A stretch of DNA of 59,474 nucleotides, counting the filler, from Bipalium vagum (taxonomy: Eukaryota): NCBI GenBank assembly GCA_037834085.1. It is 3 parts of 3 records of this genome, joined end to end, with 100 filler letters (N's around TTAATTAATTAA, not from the genome) between each part and the next. Parts side by side here need not be neighbours in the genome. Positions count along the whole stretch, not along the records: positions 1 to 23,046 come from JBBMKC010213588.1; 2 more parts are not named here. One strand, given 5' to 3'. Positions within the stretch are counted from its first letter, which is position 1. Each line of letters opens with the position of its first letter. The notes beneath the pieces are model-generated. The model saw only the letters and a list, made by a program, of their open reading frames with translations, had not been told where the DNA came from and made no database searches. A program made the translations under genes and the position numbers. Positions 1-13,940 of the stretch are shown in pieces.

Positions 1-3000
1 TTAATTATTTTATTATTATTATTATCATTAATTATTTTATTATTATTATTATTTATTATCATTATTATTTTAATGAATTAATTAATATTATCAATTATAG
101 TATTTTATTTGACCGATTTCTAGCACTGTGACAATAGTTATTGTGCTTTATCGACAATAATTGTCATGATTAATTAAAACAAATATTGTAGTAGTAATAG
201 TCATAATAATAAACTTAACATTTCAACGTATAAAATTAAAAAGTATATTGTCACATAAATAATTAACAAAAATCTAACGATAATAATTTTCAAATATTAA
301 ATTTTTATTTCCCAGCCAATTATTTTACAACACAGTGAATTAAATTAATAAAATATTTATTAAAACGACCATAAAATAATTTATTAGAGTCGAACGAATT
401 CAGAACACAAGAGATTTCTCCGGCAGACGATATAAAATTAATCATTTCCTCCATTCAAAATTAATAATGAAAAGTGACTTGAACCTGCAATCAATCTCCG
501 GATAATTTCATGTTTTATAATAGTTTATATCTTCTTCATTCTCATTATTTCTTGTTAGCTGATCACCAGCCTTGTTACATTAATTATTTCATTTAATTTC
601 ATTTTCATTAGTTATTCTATTATTAATATATAAATTCAATAAGGGTAAACTCATTTAACCGTAAAATGTCGGATATTGAATGGATGAGAATTAACGTAGA
701 CTAATCCGAAAATATTATCATTTGATTTCGATAAGATATTAATTGAATTTTGAGTTATTTTATATTTTTTATTCGTTTATTATTATATTAATGAATAGGC
801 ATATAAACAATTCATCAATACATGTTAAGGGTTTGATTATTAATTTTTTGTTTCAATTGCTGAAATTAAATAATTTATTAAATTATTCATATATAAATTA
901 ACAATAAATATGAAAATATTTTATTATTAAATTTATTAAATTTTTCAAAAAGATAATTAAATAGAAAAAAATAATTAAAATAATTAATATAAATTTATTA
1001 AATTATTCAAATAATTAACAATTAAATAGAAAAAATATTTTTTAATTAAAATAAGTACATTAATGTATGTTATATATTATTATTGTATTTATTTGATATA
1101 AGGATCCCAATGGAATTATTTCGATAAGATTTTTTCGTCTTTCTTTCATATTATACGTAAAGGTAAAAATTTAATTATATTATTTTTCGTGAAATTTTCC
1201 TCCTCAATTGCATTATCTTTTTCAATTTGGGACGAAAATGTCAATAATCTCTTACGACCTGCTAAAACAGATATAATGTGATTAACATAATATAAAGACA
1301 TTTCTAAAATTTCTATTCATCAAAAACAAAATTAATTAATTTTTTTTAACGAACAATTGAAAAGAAAAATCAAATTTAATTAAACAAAAATAATAATTCA
1401 AATATTTTTAATTTATTTATAAATATCACAGTTGACTTAAATAATAAATAAAATATTTTTAAATAATTTCTCACTAAATTAAATATCATTATTAATTTTG
1501 TATTTTATTTTAAATAATAATTACATATTATATAAATAATACTCGATTGATAATTACATAATAAATAATTATAAGCATTATAATACATGTTTAGAAAGGT
1601 GAGAATATAATTTTGTTAATTACAGAGATTTTATCTTAATAATTTTCACAAATAATATCACAATTGATTTTTTATTTATTATTTAACTTAAATCAATTTA
1701 AAATGTTCATATTTTTCGGAATTTTAAATTTAAAAATCAAAAAAAATTTTTAATATATTTGTTGAATTATTAAATATTAAAAATAATAAACTATAAATAA
1801 TTATTTTTTCTTCCTTTCTTTCATTTATCCCATAAATTTAAATAATTAAATTTATAATTAATTATTTTTAATTAATGTGACAATAAATATAATTAAATAA
1901 TTTCATAGAACTTTTTATTTATTTATTTATATTTATTTATTATTTAATAAATTAATAATGAATAATCGCTGTATTATTTTCATATAAAGGACTTATGCAA
2001 ATAAAGGCAGTCCTAAAATGAGATTAAGAAAATTCAATTTTCAAAACACCGGAAGGCCCCTCAATAAGTTGAGGAGCTTCGTTGAAATCTGCTGTCAATC
2101 ATTCCGTGAAGCCGTGACAAGGTTGTTGTCATTTAGGATATACAAGTTGCCAAGTTTTTTCAGTTTTTGTTATTTTTATTAATTAATAAGTTGATTCCAA
2201 CCTGAAGTCTTTATTCCAAATCATTAAGATAATTTCTGACTTATTAAGGTTCAGTTTAAAACACGAAGAATAGCATCGAAGAAATTGGTCCAAAGATCTA
2301 ATCAATATCTTTGACAATCAACATAAGCTCCACAATCTCCCTCGGTAGAACCTCCCTCTCAGGTAACATTTCTAAACACACAAAATTCCATTCTTATAAA
2401 TGATAACTCATTTTTTTGTTTTAAACGTCCACGTGTTTTTTCTCCTAGTGAAATTGTTGGTCTTGCAGCTGACTCGATAATAAAACTCTCTTCTCTCCGG
2501 GACGTGTTAACGTTTTATTACAATTAAAAACGAACCGAAAACCAAATCACGGTTTCATGAATGATAATTGACTGAACAGTGGTTACATCTGTGATGGGCC
2601 TTGATGGCCGTCTCGAGCCCGTTCAAGGTGTATATTAAGTGACATTTACCAGCCAGGGACAAAGTGATTCTGTTTACGATAATGTTTATAGCACATGATT
2701 TGATTTAATGAAATCCCGGGTTTCGAGACTGTGCTACCAATTATGGCCCAGATGACATTTAACGTCTCTTTAATTATCACTGAATTTATTACTTGACAAG
2801 TGGGGAGATATCTCTAAAAACCACTTCCTACAAAAAGCAACGATTGATTGATCTAACGAAGAATGTTTTGCAAAATGAAAAATAATTAATTATCAAGAGA
2901 AATAAATATTAAGGTGTCTCCAACTGGAAAGACTTTGTTTGTTTAACTACTGATGCAGAATCGATAGTAATTCTTTTGTATTTGTAAAATAATTGACAAT

Positions 3001-3370
3001 TTTGGTCGAATGAACATTTCTATTAAATAATTCCCGTTCCTGTTTAAGAGAATTAATTCAAATTTAATTAATCAAGATTTACTAATAATATTATTATTAC
3101 AGAGGCTTTGCAAAAATAGTGTAGCTATAGAAATATAATTAATTTTAAATTAAAATTGTTTTCTTTTTAATATATTTTTGTTAATTTAGTTTACATTTGT
3201 TTCATTAATTAAGATTTTATTCTGATTAAATTTTTTCTGATTATTTAATAAATAATTATGAATTTTCTAATTAATTTAATAATTACTTTTTTCCTCTTAT
3301 TGTTTTAATAATGATAAAATACCTGTATGACCTTCACATGAGAATTATTTTTAAATTTTTTTTAATGTAA

Positions 3371-3535
3371 CAGTCAAATTCGGTTAATATCACAGTCCGC
3401 TTAATATCAACCTAGATTAGAATCCAGGTAACTATCGCCATCGTAATCAATGAAAATATCTCGTTTTATATCATAATCGGTTTAATGTCATCAAAATTCT
3501 TTAAAAATATTATTCAATATTCGTTTAATATCACA
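3371..3535 (+). mobile_element. Solo left end of a pogo/Tigger-type DNA transposon
   Basis: Starts CAGTCAAATTCGG and carries five dispersed CGNTTAATATCA-like motifs, typical of pogo subterminal transposase-binding repeats. Confidence 0.5.
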
Positions 3536-3842
3536 TTTAAATTAAAGATATTTTGTTTAAATAATTAATTTGTACTTTTAATAAATATTTAATTAAACAT
3601 AATTTTAAAATGCCATTTTTCTTTTCTGACCAATAATAAATTAATGAATATTTTCTATTTAAATATTTTCCATTACAATTCACATAAATATCAATAAAAG
3701 TAAAGAAAATAAAATAAAAATCTAAGAAATGTATTTAATTATAAAATATTAAATTATTATAATGACTATTATTAAATAATATTTCTTTAGAACTTCGTTA
3801 CTTTATTTACAATGTAATATTTTTCCAATTATAAAGAGACCA

Positions 3843-4690
3843 CAGGGTTGTCCTAAGTAAGTATTAAATTTAAAAGCACACAATTGATGTGTTTTAAATT
3901 TTAAATGTTTTACTTTTTATAAAACCAATTATTATTTATATAAAAGGGATTGGTGAAATTTTAAGTAAGTCTGTAACTGTTTCAATAAGTTAATATAATC
4001 AAATTCAAAAGTCCTAAGTATTAAATTTAAAAGCACACAATTGATGTGTTTTAAATTTTAAATGTTTTACTTTTTATAAAACCAATTATTATTTATATAA
4101 AAGGGATTGGTGAAATTTTAAGTAAGTCTGTAACTGTTTCAATAAGTTAATATAATCAAATTCAAAAGTTACTGCTTGAAAGGGTACATCGACATTTTTT
4201 ATAGTCACTTCTTCTTTGATGAAAATGTTAATGAGTCAAATCGTTAAGACCCGCGAAGTCTCCATGACACATCTTGGTCACTGAACAAGATCAAAATTAG
4301 AAAGTTTGTAAACAGCAGATTTCACGAAAGGTGGATTGTGAGAGAAGAACAATTCATTTGATCTGAAAGGTAACCAGATTTTTTTCCAATTGAGTTCTTT
4401 CTTTTGGGATTTTTAAGGACAAATGTTTATCCAAGAAAAACAAAGATACTAAAGGATCTGACAGATGCAATCGAAGACAAAGAAACTAAATATCACTAAA
4501 AATTTGTAAAAATGCTAAGCCTTCTTTTTATTGTCGATTACAACATTGATTAAGTTGTCAATGGATATTCTGTTGAAAAATATTAATATTTAATACATAT
4601 ATTTGATTGCGTCAAAAATTTACAGTGTTACCTCAAGTATATTTAATAATGTTAAATTATAAAATTCGACAAAATTTTTACGCTTTCTGT
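3843..4690 (+). mobile_element. Decayed Tc1/mariner element, probably DD41D (rosa)-type
   Basis: CAGGGTTGTCC terminus; degenerate F.ERWI.R..P.EFFLLG..KTNVY remnants at about 4300-4430. Confidence 0.55.
3850..4169 (+). repeat. Near-perfect tandem duplication of about 160 bp (3850-4010 and 4011-4169)
   Basis: The two copies appear identical except for a 4-bp difference at the start (gtcctaagtaagtatt vs gtcctaagtatt). Confidence 0.95.
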
Positions 4691-5047
4691 ATAATAAAGT
4701 TAATCAAAAATTAAACCTGAAACAAAAAAAATTGAAAGATTTCTTATGGCAATATATAGATAAAACAGAAGATATTAAAAAGTTAAAGATATAATGAATT
4801 ATTAATTATTAAAAAAAAATACTTTTTTCTGATTATTTTGATACGGTTGTTAATGAGTGATTGTTTTGAAAAACTATCATTATAACAAAATAATAAGATT
4901 AGATCCAATCTATAATTAAAACAATCCTTCAATCATAATTGCAATAATTTCTATTTGATCTTTGATCGAGTTTGATAAAAATGCCATTCTAATATTATAC
5001 ATAAATTTAATCTAAATATCAAAATTGTTGTCAATCAGAAATATAAA

Positions 5048-5215
5048 NNNNNNNNNNNNNNNNNNNNNNNNNNNNNNNNNNNNNNNNNNNNNNNNNNNNN
5101 NNNNNNNNNNNNNNNNNNNNNNNNNNNNNNNNNNNNNNNNNNNNNNNNNNNNNNNNNNNNNNNNNNNNNNNNNNNNNNNNNNNNNNNNNNNNNNNNNNNN
5201 NNNNNNNNNNNNNNN
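5048..5215. other. Assembly gap (168 N)
   Basis: Run of N. Confidence 1.
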
Positions 5216-7569
5216 AAGAATAAAAATAATATTTTTCATGGGAAAAGAATATTCAAATAGCCAAAGTAATTCGATTTTGATAATTTCTAAAGTACATTTG
5301 CTAAGATTTTTGAATTAATTAAAAGTGAATGTGTTCATTTCTTTACAATAGCAAAAATGATACATCTCTATCATCGTAGTATTTTATATTTTCGAGAGCA
5401 AACGAAATTAAGCGTCTGTAACTCTGGCTAATTCCTGTAGAAAGCCACTTAAATGGTTCGGGAGATTTTTCCGATTTTTTCTAATCGAAATCAATGTCTA
5501 CATCACAGAAAACAGTAAACCAACAGAGAGGAAGACGAATTATTTTTCCCATTGACTTATTAATTAACTTAAATAATCTCGCTCGGAAAATCTCGTCGAC
5601 GTGACTGTCATGATAAAATAATCGAATAATATCTGTCGGGAAATATGGGCCAACAGATATCTTAATTGTTTACCCTGACTGTTAATGGTCATATTCTTGG
5701 TGAAGCTGTCAAAACATAACTAATTTATCACTAATATTTGTTATCATAGGTTGTAAACAAAAAATTTAACGATATTTGTTAATTTTTTTTTGTTTGAATT
5801 ATACCAAATATATAATACGGTTTTTCCTATAATTATTTTTAATGGTCAAGTTTTTCTATGGAAACATATCAGTCATGGATAAAGAGTTAAAGAAAATGAA
5901 TGGATTATTAAATTAAGAAATATTTTATTGATTTTTATCAAAAAATATTTTAAATAAATAATAATAATAATAATATTTGAATAAGTATTTTATAATTTGA
6001 GTACTTTTATTTAGTTTTATTAAAATATAAAAATCTTTAAATTTTTTAATGTAAGAATTATGGCTGTGTAAGATGAGTTGTTTTATTGATGCAAAAACAA
6101 ATTTAGAAATACAGACTTTACTTTTAAATTTTTTGATATTGAACTGTTAAATAAACTATTTCTATTTAATTATTATTTATGATGAATAATTAAGTAAATC
6201 TTTTAGCAAGTAAATATTTTATACATCACAAAATAGAATTATTAATAAAAAATTCCCAAAACGAGAGTCCTATGTTATTATTATTATTATTATTATTACC
6301 ATTGTTATTAATATTAATAATAATAATAATAATATTATATATTTATTCAAAAGCTAAATAGGTGAATATAGAAAAACTTTATCGAAATATTAAAAAAATT
6401 GAAATTGAATTTACCAAAAAAAGAAAAACTTTAAAAATAAAATAAAAATTTTTATTAAAATATATTAAATGGTTTAAAATTATTTTTTCATTTTTAAGTA
6501 TTATTAATATTATATTAATTTATTATTTTATTTTCATTATTATTAACTCAACAAGAAGGAATTTATTATTGTTCCCAAAGAAAATCAAAGGGTAATAATA
6601 ATTTTATTTTAAATTAATAATAAAACTGTATACATTTTTATTATCAGTTTTTTTATGACTTCAGAATATTTGAATTAATTTTTAAAAATAAATAAATAAT
6701 ATTTTGTATATAAATTTCAATTAATTTTTTTATGTAAGACTAAAGTTCACAGTTGAATTGGCTTGAAATAAAACCGATTTTATTTTAGAACATAGCTGTT
6801 TATTAATTAAAACAATGAAATGTGGTAATATTAACATTTTTGACATTTACCCGTCAAGATCTACACTCCAGCACTTATATGACAAAATCCCTTTTGATAT
6901 CCGAGAAAAGCTTCGCAAAAACGTCCAAATGTCAGCTAAGCTAAACAAAATTTGACAGGCCAGATCATATGAAGACCGTGATTCATAGCACTAATTGACA
7001 CACTTCATCGTTTGTCCAGGCTGGCGTTGTTCTGTGTTGATTACCATCATTCAACGTCAAACCTGTTCTGATTCTCCATCTGTTGCGTATTTTTTCGTAC
7101 ATTCTCTCTTTTTAAAGTCATCAATTCTTATTAAGTCCTGAAACCGCTGGGGTTGAAATCGATTGCACATTTTTACGTCCCACTTTGGAAAATTGCACAA
7201 TATTTATTTGATATTATTTAAACAATTTGATCAATGAATTTTACAATCATGGGTTCTTGTTGGTATGGAATTAAGCACTGATATGAGAAACGGTCAGTTC
7301 TATGGACAAGTGGCTATTAACAGTATAGTAAAAATTTACAAATAAAAATATTACGTTTCTTTTTATAAATACTATTACTACTACTACCAATAATAATATT
7401 AATAATGGTACAAAGCAATTTAACTCATTAAATATATTAGATATGGGAATGCTCAGTGTCCTTTTTGAACTCGACTTTTGTTTAGTCTTTTATTATTAGA
7501 AATAAATTTTGTTCATTGATTTAAATAATAATTTTAAAGATATATTTATTTTTAATTAATTTTTAGTAA

Positions 7570-8075
7570 ATATGATGCCGCTGTCTAATATTAAAATTAA
7601 AACGTGTTTACTTTACAATTGCAAAGTAGGTCTGATGGCCACTGAATCAGCCAAGCGAATTAGTAAAGGATTTGACAAGGACCTATGATCGAGATGCTCA
7701 GCGATGGTCGAAGATTACCCTGGAGGAAGACCAACAATTTTATTTAAAGACTAGGCTTTAGTTGAACTTTTCGAGAATGGATCCCACCAGATTAGTGTTT
7801 AAATGAAAAAATATCTAAGCTGTGATAAGTCAACAGAATCCAAACGGCTTCACAAGTTTAACTACTCAAAGAAACTCGACCAATAGGTTTCTCACTGACT
7901 TACTCCTGCAAACAAAATGGACAGATTCATTATATGCTCAAATCTTCTTCAACTTTAGATGCAGGAACCTTGTTGTGTTCTCTACGGACCAAAATTCTGT
8001 ATCTTATTCAAATCATATATTTAATTACATATTGGTCTTAACTTTCATATCTCATCACACTGTTACCAAATAATA
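7570..8075. mobile_element. Mariner fragments: + strand HTH N-terminus, then a - strand catalytic-region remnant
   Basis: IKTCLLYNCKVGLMATESAKRISKGF on +; degenerate LVT.DE..YD-like remnant on -. Confidence 0.5.
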
Positions 8076-8204
8076 TTAATCATCAGTAAATCAACTTTAA
8101 TATTTAACTTTGCATATATCATACTTTGCACTAGCTTATGTAGACTAGGACATAAATTATATGCGATGCTGATAAGGATTAGATGTAATCAAAACTTTCA
8201 AATG

Positions 8205-9450
8205 TATTAGGCTGTATTAGGTGTAATTTCCTATTTAAACAGTTAATTTTTGAAAATGTTTTAAAACCTTTTATAGCAAAACTGCAGAAATAAGTTATTA
8301 TTAAAATATGGTATTTTCCTCTTTGTGTATTAATCGAATAAATTCTTAGAAAATATTAGAAATGACACAAACTGACAAACAAAGAAATTTTCACAATTTA
8401 CTTATTTGAATTAAAATGAGGACACACAGCTTCGGAACATTCTGAAAACATTAACTTGGCATTCGACAAAGGTACAGCTAATGAACGAACTAATAGACAG
8501 TGGTATGTGAAATTTACGGAAAATTACGAAAGCCGATTAAGCGCATTCAGTGGTTGGCTCACAAAGATCATTGAAAGTGCATATTTATTGACCGGGGTTA
8601 AATCAAATTCAAATCAAACCGTTCAGGACTTTACTAAAACATTCATTGTTAGTCCTAAGACCATTACAAGACATTTGAACGCAGTTGGTAAGATTAAAAA
8701 AGGTTCAGCCAAGTCTTCCGTTTTTATTGAACCAATCACAAAAAATAGGCGAATTAAAATTTCAAAATCTTTATTGTTACGTTTTTGAGACGAATCATAA
8801 CAAGTGATGAAAAACGGTTCTCTACAATAACCGACAACTTTCATCAAAATAGATAAATGTTTATCAATATCCGGTCTTTTGTCCATAACCTGATCTGACC
8901 CAATAAATATAATGCTTGTCGTCTAGTGGTCCATTGGTGGTGTCATACATTTTTCATTGCTATATCCTTGCGAGACTATCACAGCAGTCAATTACTGCTC
9001 TGATTTGGAAATAATCCACCAAAAATTAAGTATTAAGCTGCCTTCAGTGGTCAACATGAAATGAGTAATCATGTTGCATTATAATGCAAGACCTTTTGTA
9101 TGCAAAACGAATTTGTAAAAACTAACTGAAATATGGATAAAGTGTGCAGTATCCACAAGACTTTTCAGATATAGCACCAACAAATAGGTATCACTTTAGG
9201 TATCACTTTAGGTATCACTTTAGGTATCACTTTAGGTATCACCATAATTTCTGACCAAGAAAATCTCTGTAAATCAGAAAGGTATAAAAATGAATATCTC
9301 TGACCTCTACACTTCTAGAAAATCAGACTTTAAAATAAATGGTTTTCAGAAACTGGAAACTCGTTAGCGCAAATGTGTTAAATTTAATTGAGTAAATAAA
9401 ACGTTTTCTTATTTATCGTTTAATCCAACATTTCATGACACAGCTTAAGA
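8205..9450 (+). mobile_element. Decayed mariner (DD34D) element, near full length
   Basis: HTH remnant (AFDKGTANERTNRQWY), ITSDEKRFSTI, MLVV*WSIGGVIHF, LHYNARP, FSDIAPT; TATTAGG-type terminus; many stops and frameshifts. Confidence 0.85.
9185..9242 (+). repeat. Perfect 12-bp minisatellite (TAGGTATCACTT) x4.8 inside the mariner
   Basis: Seen directly. Confidence 0.95.
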
Positions 9451-11039
9451 ATTTATTGTTTAAACGATTTATAATATCTCTTAAAGTTAAAACATTTCCA
9501 ACCCAAAACATTCTCCTTACTCGTAATATAAAAATTATAAGAATAAGTTCTACGAATAAATATACATAAATATTTTTTCCTCAAACTGTAATTTATTTCT
9601 TAATTTCGGAAATTAAAAAAACCCATAAATTAAAACAAAATATTTTTTCATAAAACCAGATATAAAATATATATCAAATTATATTTCCTAATAATTAACA
9701 ATTTCTTTCCATACGTACTGGCAAAATTTCGCCCATGGATATATTGTGTTTAATTTTTAATAATTTTGCAAAAAATATTTAACTTTTTTCTTTCATATAA
9801 ATTATTTTAAATAAATTAAATTATTTTTAAAATTAAAACAAATAAAACTTAAATTAAAAAAAGGATAAATTAAATTAAATTAATAAAAAAAAATTCCATG
9901 AATTCATAAATTCGAAAAAGAAAAGCCAAATTTATCTACAAAAAAATTTTTCAGGCAAAAAATTAAAGGAAAATTCATGGAATTGTCAGACAATAATTAC
10001 CAAATAATAAAGTTAATTTGATATTTAGTTTTGCAGAAATGCTCAAGTGATTGTCAGAAACGGAATCCAATTATCCGATAACCACAAGGGCATTATTGGT
10101 AGGCAATTGAAGATATGTCGTGTCCAGGTTTTGTGTTGATAAATGGAATCATGAGTCGGCTTGGCTTAACAATGACGACTCCTAAGAGCCATACTCGTAA
10201 AATTTGAGGAATAAAAAGGAATTATACACGCGTCGCTCGTCGGGAAGTGGAAAACATTACTTTGTACATTAGGTCGTAACAGAATCGATACAAGTATCGT
10301 TTCAGAAAGGGAAATTTTTATAAATTGAGATAAAACCGATACATTGCCCCCAAATATCCCATGTACATATGGAAGTGTTTTGTTAACTCTGACAACAGGA
10401 AATGACGATATAAATCAATTTTTTCATTTGATAACCTTGAATTAGAAATCAATTCTTTTTATTCAATAAAACTAAATTTAATTTATTGATTAATACAATA
10501 TCTATTAAGTATGAAATATAATATTAAATTTCAATGAAAAGATCAAAATGAAACAAAGCCATCAATGATGAAATGTTCTGAATTGAAATAAATAAGTTGA
10601 ATAAATAATTGATTTTATTTTTTTATGGTTTTATTTTAATTTTTTATTCATCAGATTTTCATTTTCGTTCATTATCTTGTCAAGACTTGTGATTATTAGT
10701 TCGTTTCAGGAAATGAGATTTATTTAGTTAATGTTCCTTTTTTCAATAAAATAACCAGGGAAACTGCCGTTTTTATGATGGGAAATGATAAAAAATAAAA
10801 CTTACCGAATCAAATAATAAGAAAGATTTTTTTTAATTAATTATAAAATAAATGATAAGCTTAATTAATATTTTGAGTTTTTAATTTATAAGTTTATATT
10901 TTTAATATAATACAAAATTATTATTACAATTTATCAAAAATTGAAGATGACGTTATTAATTCATAAAAAATAAAAAAGTGCGATTATTTTTTTTAGAAAA
11001 ATCAGAAAATTAATTTAAAATATTTAAATAATAATATTT

Positions 11040-11665
11040 AAATTACACGTGTTGTGATTAAAAACTTTCTGATAAAGAAAAATTGAGCAAAATCAGGTTG
11101 AAATTGGTAAGCATGTCATTATATTGTCATCAGTGCGCTTCAGAAGAATCCGTCGCTTTCAGTTCGTGATGTTACAAAGAAATGTAAAACATCTAAATCA
11201 TACATCCACAAAGTGAAGCAGAATAGAGGCTTCAAGTTTTACAAAGTCACTGCTACTCCTGAATGAGATGAACAGAAGAGTAAAATTTCTAAAACCCGTT
11301 CGAAAAGCTTTTATAATGAATGACAAGACTTACATTAAAGGAGAAATATCAAGTTGCAGAGGTTAAAGATGTAATTGCTGAAAGAGTTATGATGAAAAGG
11401 TCCTCAAAATTCATAAAGAAATACCTCGTGCGGCAAACCATTTATAAATAAAGGAAAAATGTAAGTTTCATCAAAACTGGAAAAATGAATAAAGAAATTT
11501 ACATCAAAGAGTATATTCAAAAATGTCTATTGCTTTTTATTAATAATAATGATTGTCTTACTTTGTTCAGGTCTAATCTAGCAAGTTCTCATTTTGCTAA
11601 AAATACATTAGAATGGTACAAAACAAGTAATTTGAAATTTATTCCTCGACAAGCCAACCTGTATA
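11040..11665 (+). mobile_element. Decayed DD37E (ITmD37E-like) transposase fragment
   Basis: QKNPSLSVRDV; KEIYIKEYIQKCLLLFI..LFRSNLASSHFAK..LEWY..FIPRQAN resembles the ITmD37E pattern YIKECLQKRLLPFI..FWPDLASCHY. Confidence 0.7.
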
Positions 11666-11743
11666 AATTCTATTATTTATTAAAATAAGTATTACAAATT
11701 TTTCAAATTAAGTTTTACAATGCATATAATCAAAAATTATATA

Positions 11744-13122
11744 TAGTCTCCCCTACAAAAGTATTGGAACACTTAATATTAAAATGATAAATTAACAAAT
11801 TCTAATTAAAACCGTTACTTAAAAAAGGTATGGAAGCAATAAATTATAGAGACCTTCAACATCTATTTAAATAAAATAATTAGAAATTATAAGAATTTCA
11901 AATTCAATCATGACATTTTCTTTTCATCGAAAAATGCTTCTTTTGCTTTTAATACATCTTTAACGATTCTGGCCATTCTCTTTATAAGATTTTGAAATTT
12001 AGATGATTCTAAATTATTAAATTCATATCCTAATATGCTCCAGAGGTGTTCCTGAGAAGAAGGGTATTTTTTCAAACCAGACGATTTAAATCATCCCATA
12101 GTAACTATATCGGATTCAAATTCGAAGACTGTGGTGGCCAATCCATTATTTGCAGAGTTCCATCTATCTGTTTTTGCTTTAGATAACACTGACGTAGTTT
12201 AGCAGTATGTTTTGAATCATTATCCTGTTACATAACAAATCTATGTCCGATAATTTGCTTTCCTGCAGAAACTGCCTTGTGAACCAGTATGCTGTGATAT
12301 TATGTTCCAGAATATCTTTGACCTTGTACATAGGACAGACTTCATGGAATGAAAATCCACCCCAAACTATTACTGAACCTCCTCCATGTTTAACAGTTGG
12401 TGCTATGCAGTTAAACATCATTTTTTCGTGTTTGGAACGTCTAACATACATCCGCCTGTTACTGCCGAATATTTCAAACTTGGAGTCGTTTGTCCATAAA
12501 ACCTTATTAAAGTCTTCTGTAATTCAATTCTTATGTTTATGTGCACACAAAAGTCGTTTTTTCTTGTTTCTGGACTTCAACAGTGGTCTACGTACGGTCT
12601 TCAGATGCATGAGTTGTTTGAATTGGATCCAGTTTCACGATATCTCTTTATTGCATAGACTACTGTGGTTATGGGAATTTTCATTTTCTTTTAAATTTCC
12701 CAAAGAGAAAGCCCATCAGATTAATAATACCCTTTTCTCATTATCCAGACGAATTAGTCATAATTTCCTGTAAATATTTGAATGTATACATATTTATTTA
12801 AGACTTAATTATTATATTACTTAGTGCTATATTTTTTTACCTATAGAAATATATTACTTAGCTTTTATTGGTAGATTTTTAAATAATAAAAACTGAAATC
12901 AACAACAAAACAAAATAAATATATTTCATTACAAAATTAAATGAATGTAAAGTGATTATTTTAACATGTTCAATATTTTCATAATATAACCCATTTATTA
13001 TAAAAATTACCTAAAACTATTTAATATCTGTAACAGTTGCCATATCTAATCACGTGGATTTTTGTTTTTAATGGACTTTTATTGTTAAAAATCATGTATC
13101 CCAATACTTTTGCTCGAGAGTG
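11744..13122 (-). mobile_element. Decayed Tc1 (DD34E) element with imperfect TIRs and TA flanks
   Basis: TIR core CAAAAGTATTGG at both ends; VLWTNDSKFEIFG, PTVKHGGGSVIVWG, DWPPQSSNLNPI. Confidence 0.9.
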
Positions 13123-13169
13123 TATATATATAGTAGGTCAAAGTATTAAAGGCATAGACTTAATAATAA

Positions 13170-13620
13170 ATCTAATTATTGAAATCTTTAACAAGAAACA
13201 ATGGAATTAATCAAAGGAAGCCACATCCGAGTATTGCCGCTTCCAGCGAATCTAAAGTATTATGAATATTAAGCATTATAATTATGAATCACTTTCTCAT
13301 AACGCCCCATATGTAGTAGTTCAGTGGATTTAGGTCTGTTGAGTTTTGAGGCCAAATATCAGGAGTGACGTGGTCATGAAAATTCTCAGTCATCCCTTCT
13401 TGAGCTAATTGAACCTTATGTGATGGAATAGAATATTATTGTAAAACATAAAGCCTTCCATTTCATACTGAATTAATTCAGGGCTTCACAACTATTTTCA
13501 CGACATCAATGTGGACAACAGAATTCACTACAAGGCCTTGTGAGAAGAATTGAGGAGGAATCATCTATAAAACCTCCAAGAATGTTGGAAATTTATTTCC
13601 AAATTCAACATGATTGTATA
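13170..13620 (-). mobile_element. Decayed DD37D (maT) fragment
   Basis: PPQFFSQGLVVN..HDHVTPDIWPQNSTDLNPLNYYIWG. Confidence 0.75.
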
Positions 13621-13940
13621 ATACTTACTATCATCTTAATAATAATATAATTTAATTAATAATCATTAATTCTAATTAATTATTTTACTAAAAATAAACG
13701 TTAAATATTAATGAAATATTTAAAACTATAAATAGTAGCCTTATTTATTATTTAAAATACAAAATTTTAAAAATATTAGAGTTTTTTATAATATTAGCTT
13801 TTTTAAAATTATTTTTAAAAAAGTAAAGAAATTAGAATTAACCAAAAAATTAATATCAGAAAACTGATTTAAAAAATTAACATTGTAAAGTTAAAAACAA
13901 AAACAATCAATTATTATTTAAATATTTTTATTAATAGAAC

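Noticed and set aside
724-1129. Two - strand TCTTATCGAAAT 12-13-mers (724-736 and 1118-1129) resembling part of the planarian spliced leader as I recall it
   Set aside because: There is no complete leader ending ATG|GT and no Sm site. The core is also a GATA-type motif, and short AT-rich matches are expected by chance.
1149-1261. Possible - strand terminal exon (GRKRLLTFSSQIEKDNAIEEENF..)
   Set aside because: It is short, with no partner exons and no recognisable homology.
5012-5318. ORFs spanning the N gap
   Set aside because: They are open only because of the Ns.
9185-9242. CRISPR-like or telomere-like array
   Set aside because: There are no spacers, the context is eukaryotic, the unit is not TTAGGG, and it lies within mariner coding sequence.
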